Assembly: GCA_001179505.1 (NCBI GenBank)
Contig: CDMY01000554.1
Span: forward strand, 1-52,736
Direction: 5' to 3'
Origin: Vitrella brassicaformis CCMP3155
Lineage: Eukaryota > Protista > Chromerida
DNA length: 52,736 nucleotides
Both the position numbers and the translations under genes were made by a program. This document shows positions 35,864 to 46,742 of this stretch, in pieces. The notes beneath the pieces are model-generated. The model was not told the DNA's origin. It worked only from the letters and a program-made list of their open reading frames with translations, and ran no database searches. Every line of letters starts with the position of its first letter. The first letter of the stretch is position 1.

Positions 35864-37003
35864 TCAGCCACAGGACTCGGACAGCACCAGCTGGCGGATG
35901 CGGCGATCGCGCTCGTTGTGTGTGCGGAGGCGCGAGATGTCTGCTCCGGCCTTCAGCAGAATGCGGATGCTGGTCTTGAGATTCGGGATGGTCTCGGTGC
36001 GGAGGACCTCCCTGTGGTGCTCATCCCCGTCGCCCCTGTGCAGCGCCTTAAGGCATATGTCCAGCTCTGCGGCTGCACGCTCGAGGGGTGTGTCGGTGGT
36101 CATGCCGTAGTTTCGGATGTCGTCGTTGCTGCCAACGGCGTCCATGAACTCGGTGCCGATGTTACAGCAGAGGTAGTCGACGCCATGGTGGAAGCCTGAG
36201 TGTGCAGCCATGTGTAGCGGGGTGGATCCCTCATGGTTTCCCGCCGTCAGGTTGGCTCCGTTGGCCCGAAGCAGGTCCAAGTAGGTGTCGATGAAGTCCT
36301 TGGAGAGGGAGGGAGGGGCGAGCGATGCCTCATGCACCAGATTGCACTCGATCTCGTCCGCTTCGGTGGCCAGACTGCGGTCGCGCTCGACGAGTCGCCG
36401 GTAGAAGTACAGCAGCAGCTGCTCGTATTCGGCGCTCGGGCGAGCATGTTGGTTGTCTCGTGGCAGCACCATGGCCATCACGCCGCGCAGCTGCACGCCC
36501 CGGTCCAGGAGGAGGTCGAATGCCGCCCGGTTGCCGCCAGAGATGGCCACCCGGATGGGCCTGGTCTCCTTGAGGATCACCTCGCTCATGTCGGCTCCGG
36601 CGTCGATGAGAGCATTCATGATCTGCGCCTCCACCTCGCGCGAAGGCCACCTGGGCAGGGCGACCGGATGATGCCAGTCGATGTGGCTGTCACGCGCCCA
36701 GATGGACGGCATACTGTCGTCGGTGAGGTTGTCAATGGCGAGGCTGAGCAAAGGGTAGAGCCACGGGTGGTTCCCTGTGCTTCGAAGCACCTCCAGCCCC
36801 GGCATAGCATTGGCTTTTGCCCCCCGCCGGATGAGCTCGGTGACTTGTTGCGCTTGCCGGATGGTCCGATAGATAATGCCCTGAGCCAGCTCCTTGGTGG
36901 CCTCGTCATTGATGCGCTGGAGGTCGAAGCGGATCCTGATGCCGCCAGGGCCCACCCAGCCGCGGGGCTCACCAGCCTGCGCAGAACTGGACGGCTCACT
37001 CAT
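35864..37003 (-). CDS. Ankyrin-repeat-like family protein, intronless, apparently truncated at the C-terminus
   Basis: LIRRGAKAN, LIDAGADM, LLRANGANLTAGNHEGSTPLHMAA, TPLERAA, LLKAGADIS. It stops at RQLVLSESCG*, where the relative at 18360-18850 continues (LVMGEYTTVLNE...). Confidence 0.8.
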   Translation of the reverse strand: MSEPSSSAQAGEPRGWVGPGGIRIRFDLQRINDEATKELAQGIIYRTIRQAQQVTELIRRGAKANAMPGLEVLRSTGNHPWLYPLLSLAIDNLTDDSMPSIWARDSHIDWHHPVALPRWPSREVEAQIMNALIDAGADMSEVILKETRPIRVAISGGNRAAFDLLLDRGVQLRGVMAMVLPRDNQHARPSAEYEQLLLYFYRRLVERDRSLATEADEIECNLVHEASLAPPSLSKDFIDTYLDLLRANGANLTAGNHEGSTPLHMAAHSGFHHGVDYLCCNIGTEFMDAVGSNDDIRNYGMTTDTPLERAAAELDICLKALHRGDGDEHHREVLRTETIPNLKTSIRILLKAGADISRLRTHNERDRRIRQLVLSESCG

Positions 37004-37523
37004 TGCCTATACCCCTGCATCAATCAATACACACGGCAACAGAGCCAGGAGGCAATCATCTCCTCCCCATCTGTGCAGTCTAGCCCTCTTGCCTCCATAC
37101 CTGAAGCGCTTGGATGGCCATAACTCCCTGCAGCCCAACTGCGCAGACACGCGGCTGTGCAGAAACTGACGGCCCGCTTGCCGCTGAGCAAGCCCTGCAT
37201 CGCACCAACACAAGCACCAACAGCAGCAAACGCGAAAGCCCCTGCCGACGTCTCGAGTCTTGCCCCTCTTCACGCGTTTTTGTCACCTGGTTTCTCCTTC
37301 GATGCACTGGCCTCAGTGATGGCAGTGAAGGAGAAGGAGGATGTTTTTTTTTTTCGGGAGGATGTTCTTTTCCTTTGCCCCCTTTCCCTTCCTTTTCCCA
37401 GCTCGCGTTTCTGCGAGCTTTTGTGTTTTGAAGACCTCTTTCGCTTCAACGTGGGAGCGTCGAGTTGAAGCTATGTGGAGCTGAAACCTATCGCTGTTCA
37501 ATCACGTTTCTTATGCCGGCAGG

Positions 37524-40500
37524 ATGAAAGCAGGGCTGCTGGCCCGGCTGCTGGCGCTGCTTGGCGTCGCCTTTATGGCTTCAGCTCATGGTGGGAATGG
37601 CGCAGTGTCCGCCACTTCGGCGCCGCACCGTGCTTTAGGCGATGCAGGGGTGTCTGAGGGCTTTTGGCGGTTCGTTACTGACGAAATCGATGGAATTGCT
37701 CTCGTTCTGGGAATCTTAGCCTTTCTGGGGCTCCTCAACGCGCTTGCTGACGTCACACAATCGAAGTAAGCCCTTTGGCGAGCCTGTCTTTGCCTCCCAT
37801 CAGACGAGCGAGCTATCATGATGTGTGTGGTGCGTGTGCAGGTACCCGTTGGCGCACTCTGACTGGGTGTACCTGTTCTTTGTCATTCGCCGCGACTCAA
37901 CTTGGGGCCCGCCAGTCTCTGACAGACCCACCACAGCGGTAGGTATTCCACACGATGAAATGCCATCAGCCGCGCTTCACAGCGCTTCTTATTCTGGTTC
38001 AGGCGCCTGAGAATCCGGCGGCCAACACCAACACCAACCCTGCTGCTGCTGCTGATGCTGGTCGCGAGCGTGTCCGATCCTCACTGGACAGCCAGGCGTC
38101 GGTCATGAGCGACGAGGCAGCCGACGACGATGGCCCTTCCCCCAGCCCTCCGCGCCCCCTTGCCGCTGGTGTGCGTGACTGCATCAGGCAGTTCTTTCTG
38201 TGGGTGTACACATCGCTGGTGCTGTGGTGGCACCCGCCGGAAGACGACAGCCCAATCAGTATAGAGGTGGAGATACAACGGGGCGAGGTCGCCTACACCA
38301 CCAATGTGACGCTCGTCGGACTGATGAAGGAGCAGCTCGCCGACTGGGCTCGCAGGTATGAGCATGAGCACTGCAGTCAGTGCAGCTCGGAAACAACTGC
38401 TGAATTTGTGACTGCTGAATTTGTGCTTGTTGTTTCCATCCCGTCGTCCGTGCAGGTGGTGTCTGACGGTCGCTATCTTCCTGGACCTCGAGCGCGGCAA
38501 GTGGCGGACATGGGCCACTCGCCCCCAGCCCCCGCCCCTCTGTCTGTCTGACAGCGGCCCATCCCTCCCCCATCGCCAGCGCGATTCGTCCATCGGCTCG
38601 CCATTCCTGTCGGCGGCCGAGTCCGCCCGCAGTGTCGATATGTGGGGGGAGGGCAGGCCGGCAGGAGGCGCCAGGCGATTCTGCCAGGTGTTTGGGTGGG
38701 TGGCGAGTCGCAAGATGTCGGCGGTGCGGCTGTGTAGTGGTCTGCGCACTGCGTCGGCGCAGCTGCACCCGGCCGATGACTCCCTGATCTGCACTGTGGC
38801 AATGGTCCTCACTCTCACCATATGGGCACTCGCCATTGCAATCGGGCCGGTATGTGGGAAGAGCACCTCCTTCTGCTTCTGTCCATCCATCTACCTGTGT
38901 ATGTATGTGTGTGTGTAGGCGTGCTGTCGGCAGAGACCTGCGTGGCGGGGGCTGGCAGAGGGGACCGCATCATGGCCTTATGTGGTGGCGGCTGTCGCCC
39001 TGGTGGCTGGGTGGGGGATGGAGCGGCTGCTCATGGCCGCGTTCTTCAGGCCATATCTACCACAACCCAGGCCAGGTGAAGTAGTGGGATCCCTCACCTG
39101 CATGATGACGTGCCGACGCTCCCTTCACTCATCTGTGTGTGTGTATCTGTGTAGGTCGCGATGCTCAGGAGATTGTTCGTCTGTGGATTCGACTGGCCAC
39201 ACTGACCAAAAGGTGGGTGGGCTCAGGAGACAGAGCTGACAGAGTCCTTATGGTTGGTATGCGTGGGCCACCATCGACGCTGTCCTCCCTCTCTCATCAT
39301 ATATGTGTAAATCAGGCGGTTCACTTGTCCGCTGGTCAGTGTCTGTGTATTGGTCGTCGCCTTCTTCCTGCTGAAATCGTCCAGCCAGGTGAACAACAGC
39401 GCAAACTCCTCTCTCTCATCCATCCATCCATCCATCCATATATCCATTGGTGTCTGCAGGCGGTGTCTAACTGGGTACTCCTGAGCGGCAGCACTCTGGT
39501 CTACCAGCTCTTCCTCTGGCCCTTCACCCAGTCGCTCGTCATCGCCTCACTGCAGACCTGCTGCGCACCCGCCACTGCCCATACACACACACACAGGCAC
39601 ACGCCGGTCGACCTCACGAGCTCGTCCGAGCAGTACTACACGGCCGTCGAGTCGACGCCGTCCTCCCCTTCACACAGAGCCGGTGGCGGCGAGGGGGAGC
39701 CCGGTGCTGCCAGCGACCGGCGGCGACCGTGTGTGGACGGTTCGTGGGTGTTGGGGGGGTGGCCTGAGTGGGCTGTGTGGGATGGAGACTTGCTGGTGCA
39801 GCGAGAGGGCGTGAGGAGCGTGGAGGGCGTGAGGGAATACCTCATCTGGAGAGTCGCTGCCGAAAAGGTACACAAGCAAGCAAGCAGGCAGGCAGGCAGG
39901 CAGGAAAAGTGTGTATGCAGAAATTGGATTCCTGCCTGGACGGACTCTCTCCTCTCGCCCTCTGTGTGCCGGGTCGGGTGCATTCATTCAGGCGCATATC
40001 GTGTCCTGGTGGCGCAGCCTATCGGCGTCTGCAGCAGCAGAGGAAGCCCAAGCCCCCACCACCACAGCAACAGCACCAGCAGGCGGCACCGAGCTGGCCC
40101 CCCTCCCCTCCTCGCCTCCCCCCATTCCAGAGCAAGCGGCCGACATCGAGATGCGCATCCCCCTCCTGCCCCCCGCACCTGCGTCCGCATCTACGCAGGC
40201 CGACTCGCCCCCTCCCTTCATGCACCGACAGACAGACGAGGGCAGAAAGCTGCAGCAACCAGCCCCTGAAAACAAGGCCAGAAGACCCTCCCCCGACCCC
40301 GCCAGACAGCGGCAGCATCTCGACGTGCCGGCCCACCCCTTCACGCTTCCCCAGACGCGGAGCTCAGACACGGACGCACTCGTACCGACAGGCGACAACG
40401 ATGCGGCCGTGGAGCTTCGATCCCTCCCTGTGTCGCGTCGCTCGTCTGCCAGGAAGGCGTCCCACGACTCGCCCCGGTTCTTCGACGCCGTCTCTGACAT

Positions 40501-42577
40501 CTCAGATGCCGACAACGCCGATGTGTGTGGTGGCAACGACCCCGAGCGGCCGGAGAGCGAGCCAGATCGGCCAATGCGCACCGAGCGCACCGAGATGGAG
40601 AGCGGCGCCCTGGCCATGGCCGGTCAGAGGGGTCTCGGCGACAAAGCCAGGAACCAGGCGCACTTGGAGACGGACCGAAGCGACAACCCGCCCCCTGGAA
40701 ACCCCCCCGTGCCGCGTCTGCCGCCCTGTCACTCGCCGGTGCCGCCCATGCGTGGGGATAGCTTCCCGCCCGAGCATGGCGACGTCAGTGTGAAGGCGGC
40801 CGACAAGAAAGGGGCGGGGGCGGGAGAGGCGGCGGCTGTGCTTGACGAGGTGCGCAAGGTGCTGGCGGCGCTGGTGCGCAAGCACAGGATGAGCGAGAAG
40901 GAGGCCGCACTGCTCTGGGAGACCTGGCCTCTCAAGGTACAACGACCGTGTCATTTCTCCGCTCATGTGTGTATGGGATGTGGTTGTGGTTGTGGTTGTG
41001 GGTGTGTGCAGGGATTGGTTCGGCTAGCTGAGGGTGGGGTGAAGTGCACCGACTCTGAGCAGCTGGAGAAGCAGAAGGGGGTTGTGCTGGACCTGATCAA
41101 GTCTGCGGGGAGCGGCCTGCTGCAGGGGAAGGGGCTCGGCATCATCTCACTACCCGTACGCATCTTCGAATGCAAAAGCGCATTCCATCGGTAAGTAATC
41201 CGACACACAACACACACACACACACACACGCATACAAGCAGGATAAGCACACATCTTTTCCTCGTCAGTTTGGCTGAGATGTGGAGTTTCTTGCCGATCT
41301 TCCTGACCAAAGCGGCTTCCCTGCCGCAGGACCCCGCCCATGACCTGGAGCGGTTCAAGCTGACCGTCACGGGCATCATCGCCGGCCTCTACTGTGGCAT
41401 CAGCCAACTCAAACCATTGTACGTCACACGCAGACGCGCACACGCACATGTGTGTGGACGTATCATGTCCATCGATCTCCGCCTGTCGATGTGTGTGTGT
41501 GTGTGCAGCAACCCCATGTTGGGTGAGACGTTGCAGGGCTGCTGGCCGGACGGCAGCGAGCTGTGGTTCGAACAGACCTCATTCCACCCTCCTGCATCCA
41601 ACTACCAGGTGGGTGGCAGAGGTCCGTCAGTCGCCACACACCACACCGACCAACACAGACCGCCGTCTGCACGTAGATCTTGACGCCTCACGGTGGTTGG
41701 TGGATGGCGGGATTTGCCGAGTTCCACGCAAACATGAAGGGCAACGCAGTCATCGGAAAGCAGGAGGTGGGTGGGTGGGTCACTCTGCCTGCCACAATCA
41801 GGACACAGCAGGACAGTGAATCTAGGCCCGTCTGTGTGTTGCGTTGCATTGCTTTGGCAGGGCAAGAATGTGGTTTGCTTTCCGCATACTCATTCCCGCC
41901 AGCGTGTCGAGTTCAACGTGCCGTACGTGCGGCTGTCGGGCCTCTATTTCGGCGCCAGGCTCGTACACTACATCGAGAGCGGCAGGTGGGTGTCTGTCTG
42001 CCACCAAGCGGCTCACATGCTGCAGATCAGATCCTTCCTTTGCAATGAACGGTCTGCAGGTTCTTCGACCCTATCAACGGCTACCATCTTGAGCTCCACT
42101 TCGGCAAAGAGTCGCACAGACGGGGGCTATTCACCAGGTGGACCCGGTCCATCCCTCCCTCCCTCACAGGGAGACAGAAGAGTCTCCATCTGTCTGTCTG
42201 TGTCTGTCTGTCTGTGTTGGTCATGCAGACGTGCATCCGGTCACGCGTTGGACCACTTCAAGGGCTACATCACCAAGCGCAAAGTGGCCGTCGACCACCC
42301 CCCCACGCCCCTGCACACCCACTCACACACACCAACCCCCCATGCCGACCCCCACCCGCATCTTCATGGTCATGCACCCCACCGGTCGCTGGCCCACCGC
42401 CGGAGCTCCACACACGAGATGCTGCGGGAAGGCGAGGACATCGTGTGCGAGGTGTTCGGATCGTGGCTGGAGGGCTTCTGGTGCGACAACAAACCCTACT
42501 GGCTCATACAGGTATTTTTAAATGGAATCATTGGCAAAATGAGACAGACGGGAAGCTGTGTTGGCGGATGTGAGATG

Positions 42578-42608
<31 letters not shown>

Positions 42609-42849
42609 CAGGACTACCGCCCAGTCGAGCTATGTGTCCCGGAGCCGTCACAAGTACTGCCCTCTGACTCAACGTAAGAAGAGGGCATAGTGTACCCAGC
42701 AGACAGGCCACCAAAAGGACGGGTGTGGTGTGGTGTGCAGGAACCGTCCCGACTTGGCGTACCTGAAGGCAGGCGACACCGAGACATCGCAGGAGTGGAA
42801 ACTCAAGTCGGAGGCCAGGCAGCGCAAGGACAGACACAAACGGTCGGTG
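37524..42849 (+). CDS. Oxysterol-binding protein-related protein (ORD at the C-terminus) with N-terminal signal peptide and several TM segments; last exon uncertain
   Basis: ORD motifs: ISLPVRIFE, LERFK, KPFNPMLGET, EQTSFHPP (41570-41593), GSWLEGFWCD, RPDLAYLKAGDTETSQEWKLKSEARQRKDR. Phase-compatible introns link it to MKAGLLARLLALLGVAFMASAHG and to hydrophobic exons at about 37690, 38790, 38980 and 39470. Confidence 0.85.
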
Positions 42850-43458
42850 AGTCCACATGTATCTGCACCAACCGGCGAGCCAGCAAATAGAGACATGGCG
42901 GTGTCCTCCTTGCTGGCTTGCTTTGCACTGCATTGACGCAGAGATGCATGTCGGCGGGCTCTTCAGCTGCCCGAGTTGCAATTCAAATGAGGCAGGCAGG
43001 CATCTTCCTCCTTGCTGCTGCCACACGTGGACACGTACGGGTGTGTGTATGCCTCCTGTGTCGGATTGAGGACTGACTGCTAGCCATTGGTTGGTTGGTT
43101 GGTTGGTTGGTTGGTGATCACGGCACACGCATCGATCGCATCATGTATATGACCGACATGACATAGATCTTTTTCCGTTGGTTGCTCATGCATGCAGTCT
43201 GACTCACTGACAGACTCAGAGAGGGGAAAGGGGTCAGTCAGTGTGCAGTCATAGAGGGAGGGGGTGCTGTGCTGTGCTCAATCTATGCGTAACCATATAT
43301 GTGTGCGCTACAGTGTACGGCCGAGAAAATGCTTGGGCTCAAGAACCGGTCTCCGAGTGCCGAATCCACGTGCGACATTCGCAACGAGGCTGGGGGCATG
43401 CACCCTGGCCCCCAGCCGTCTCACCGTCTCCTCGTTTTCCATCCCTTTCCCGAGAAAC

Positions 43459-44291
43459 ATGACTTCCGGTGCCTCTGTCCTTCTCTCCCTCATCGCCCTT
43501 ATCGCATCTGGTGTCAAGGCTACTGCAGCGCACGGTGAGCACGGCTGATCAAAGTACACAACCTCCCCTCGACGGTCTGCGATGCAATCCCATCCATGGA
43601 TGGGATGGATGGACGCAGGTGGTCGTGGTCACGCAGCTCCTACTTCTCCACCTTGGGCTCTGAAGGCCTTTGATTGCAACGGTGAGACAGACCAATCGTG
43701 AGTACCAGCATGTCGCGCCTCTCCATGTGTGCGCATTGCGATGCAGAGCACCACAAGTGCGGCATCGACAACCCCTGCGGCGACCCCAGTTTGGAGTGCC
43801 GCACGGCGGAGGAATACTGGGAATGCAATGAGACGGGCTTCAGTAAGCATTGCAGGGGGAGGGATTCACTGTCTGCAAACCCACGCACGTCGATGCATCA
43901 AATCAACAGGGCTGAAGAAGCAAATCTACTTTGACGAGTACAACCGGCAGTTCGGTAAGAGCAGACTCACCGGAGAGACACGGCATGCACGGAGGCACAC
44001 GGACCACTTGTGAATGCGACACATGTACGTACGTATGCAGATTCCGCAGGCCGACGGACCATCCACAACTTGCGTGACCCCAAGCTGCCTGCTTACTCCC
44101 AGTGGATCCGCGATACCTTCTTCAGCCACTGCATGTGCTGCGTCTTCATCCCCGAAGCAGACTACGACGACGAGCAACTGCCCCCTGTCGGCAGCGAGCG
44201 AGACATTCCCGCCTGGGCGTTCAGCGCCGAACCGATGAGGGACTACAAGATCCCCCCAGGCGTCTTCATGCCCGAGCCAGACTACGACTAA
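43459..44291 (+). CDS. Small secreted Cys-containing protein of unknown function (about 170 aa, 5 exons)
   Basis: Signal MTSGASVLLSLIALIASGVKATA. Phase-1 introns join ..WALKAFDCN|EHHKCGIDNPCGDPSLECRTAEEYWECNETGF|RLKKQIYFDEYNRQF|..HCMCCVFIPEADYDD..VFMPEPDYD*. Confidence 0.75.
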
Positions 44292-44675
44292 GACTGAGCG
44301 ATCGAATGACAACAGCTTGTCGCATCCATTGAGTGCAGAGATACACTGCCTGACTGCATGCTGTCTGAAACTCACCGAATTCCAATTTCAGTCGAGACGA
44401 AGGGTGAGTGACACGAACTCGTCGGTGGTGTTCGTGGAAGCTCACTTGGATGGATTCGAGAGAAATGACAGCGTGTTGTAACCCTGATTGACTGACGATG
44501 ACAGCGAAAGGGACAGTAACGAGCAACAGGATTGTACATCAAAACACGTCACGTGCAGCGCCGGTCCCTAATTAGACATATCGCACAAGTGTCACGCCAC
44601 ACACAAGCACGCCCAAGTCCAATCACATCAATCAATTGCTTCAAACCCCCTGCCTGGCCTGACAGACAGCCGCGG

Positions 44676-45567
44676 CTATCTTGCCCTTTCCTCCTGCTGA
44701 CTGGCGGCGGTTGGCGTGCCCCCCTCTGGTGGCGCCTCCACATCCGACGCAGCACCCTCACTGGCCGCATTCTGAGGCTCCACTGGTATCGACAGGAAGA
44801 TCCCCTTCAGATGCACCGCAAAGATGCAGGACACGATGCGCATCAGGATCGTCAGTCGGCCGACGAGCAGAGGGGGGAGGATGCCTGAGAAAGAAGAGGG
44901 AACATAACACACACTAGTTGGCTGGGCTGGTGAAGTGAATGCATTCATCGGCATGCCATGCGTTGCGTACCGAGTGCAAGGAAGCCAAATAGCTGCCCCA
45001 GCAGTCCGATGAACGAAATGCCGATGAACCGCTCAAAGTGCCGGTAGGCCGGCCGCAAGCACACAACGACGCCCAGGAAGTAGTACACGCAATTGAAGCC
45101 GATCTCGATGCCAGTCTTCAGTCTAGCCCGCCTGCGCAACATGTCAACGAGATTCGGCGCCTGCACCAATAGCACAGACAAACCACACATGGGTCAACCA
45201 ACATGCCTACCCATCCAGTCTACGCGTACATTTGGGTTTTGCTTCTGCCAGTCCTGAACCTGCAAACACACATGCAGTACATCAACACACAGCGCGATGG
45301 CGGAAGAAAGCTGTCCTGTCCATGCACCAGTGCTCCGACCTGCTGGCTATTCCTCATGGCGTCGAGCTGCACGGGGAAGAAGCTCAGGAAGATGAGGGTG
45401 AAGGCGCCGTTGATGATGAAGTCGATGGCCAGCACACACAGGAACAGGTTCATCTGCTGCTTGAACCTGTATAGGAGGCCCTTCGCGAGCATCTGCGTCA
45501 CATGCTGATCCCGCTGATGCAGCAGCAGGGGCAGCACCTCGGCCGCCTGTGCGCCCGCCGCATCCAT
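44676..45567 (-). CDS. Unknown membrane protein with about 4 TM segments, 4 exons
   Basis: ATG at 45567. Hydrophobic exons NLFLCVLAIDFIINGAFTLIFLSFF, IEIGFNCVYYFLGVVV, FIGISFIGLLGQLFGFLALG and ILPPLLVGRLTILMRIVSCIFAV. Stop at 44676. Confidence 0.75.
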
Positions 45568-45722
45568 GGCCACCCACAGTGATGGATGCCGCCCAGCAGA
45601 TCTCTCGAATCGCGCGACTCTCCAGGCCGCAGGGTTCGGTTTACAGGGTTTTCCTTGGCGAGCTCACAGATTCCGCTCCCTTCTCGAACGATGGCTGCAA
45701 ATCGACTGCCAGCACGGTCAAG

Positions 45723-46378
45723 ATGACAGCCATCAGCCTTCGTCACGGATCTGCCTTTTTGTTGCATCGTCACGCAACACAGAGCGTCGCCCAGCGCAGC
45801 AGTGTGAGGATTCATCGTCGCGGCTTCGTTGAAGGCCTGCTGAAGAGATGGACCACGTACAGGGTGCCCATCATGGTGCCCAAGGAGGCCCTCTTCTGCC
45901 GCGTCTACCACTGGCACGTCAAGCTCAACGACCAAGTCAAACGGGTGGGCAGAATGACGGACATGTGAGAGGTTGTTTGCAGTGCACTGCACTGCTGCTG
46001 TGTTGGTCTTTCTGTCTGTCTGTTTGCTTGTTGTTCAGGGCTCGCTGCTGATTGATGCAGACACGGTTCAAGGTCTGCTTGGGATCTCCTCTGCGCACCA
46101 CGGGAAGGTTGTTGACATATGCTGCAAGAAGGACGACATGCTCAAGGGGGGCGATGTCATCTGCCGCATCGACGTCCCCTTCATCGACTACTGGAGGTAC
46201 CTCAGTGAGTGGGAGTATTGAGGCCGTCATCATCGTGGTTGGTGAGGCATCTGTGCTTGCTGCCTTTGTGTGTGTGTGCGCGCGTGTGTGTGTGTGTGTG
46301 TGTATCAGGGCTGTTGCTGAGGACGGTACCAATCCCAGTCGGCAGCCATATCTACAGAACAAGGAGAAGAAGAAGTAG
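45723..46378 (+). CDS. Stand-alone biotinyl/lipoyl-attachment-fold protein lacking the acceptor lysine, with a mitochondrial-presequence-like N-terminus
   Basis: Splicing 45945-46038 gives YHWHVKLNDQVKRGSLLIDADTVQGLLGISSAHHGKVVDICCKKDDMLKGGDVICRID, which matches the lipoyl-domain pattern. The N-terminus MTAISLRHGSAFLLHRHATQSVAQRSSVRIHRRGF is R/S-rich with no acidic residues. Confidence 0.72.
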
Positions 46379-46742
46379 ACGGGCCAAGGGTCGGTGGGGC
46401 ACTCACCGCTTGGGCAGACGAGCAAGGCCTTTTCCAGTGTGGTTGACTGTCTTTTGTTTATGTGTGAGGGTAGGGTAGGGTAGCCCCCCGCCCATGCATG
46501 TGGATTGATTGGCTATTGATTGACACATACGGGTCCATCCATCCATGGTGAATGAAGGGATGTTTGAAGCTACGTATGTACGCCTATGATACGGTTGTCG
46601 CACTGATGATATCTATCGATGATGTACAGCCCAGCATTGCTTCTTTTCGCAAACAACACATCCACACCACCAGCCACCCAGCTGGCCAGCCAGCCAGCCA
46701 GCCAGCCAGCCAGGCAGCCGGGAAAGGAAAGGAGAAAGGAAG

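Noticed and set aside
39139-40269. 376-aa ORF as an independent gene
   Set aside because: It reads through introns (GRQAGRQ-type microsatellite translation); its real exons belong to the ORP model.
45549-45722. Upstream ATG (45582) for the lipoyl-like gene; likewise ATG 49105 for the 49228 gene
   Set aside because: Each would sit only 10-15 bp from the opposite gene's ATG; downstream starts give more plausible N-termini.
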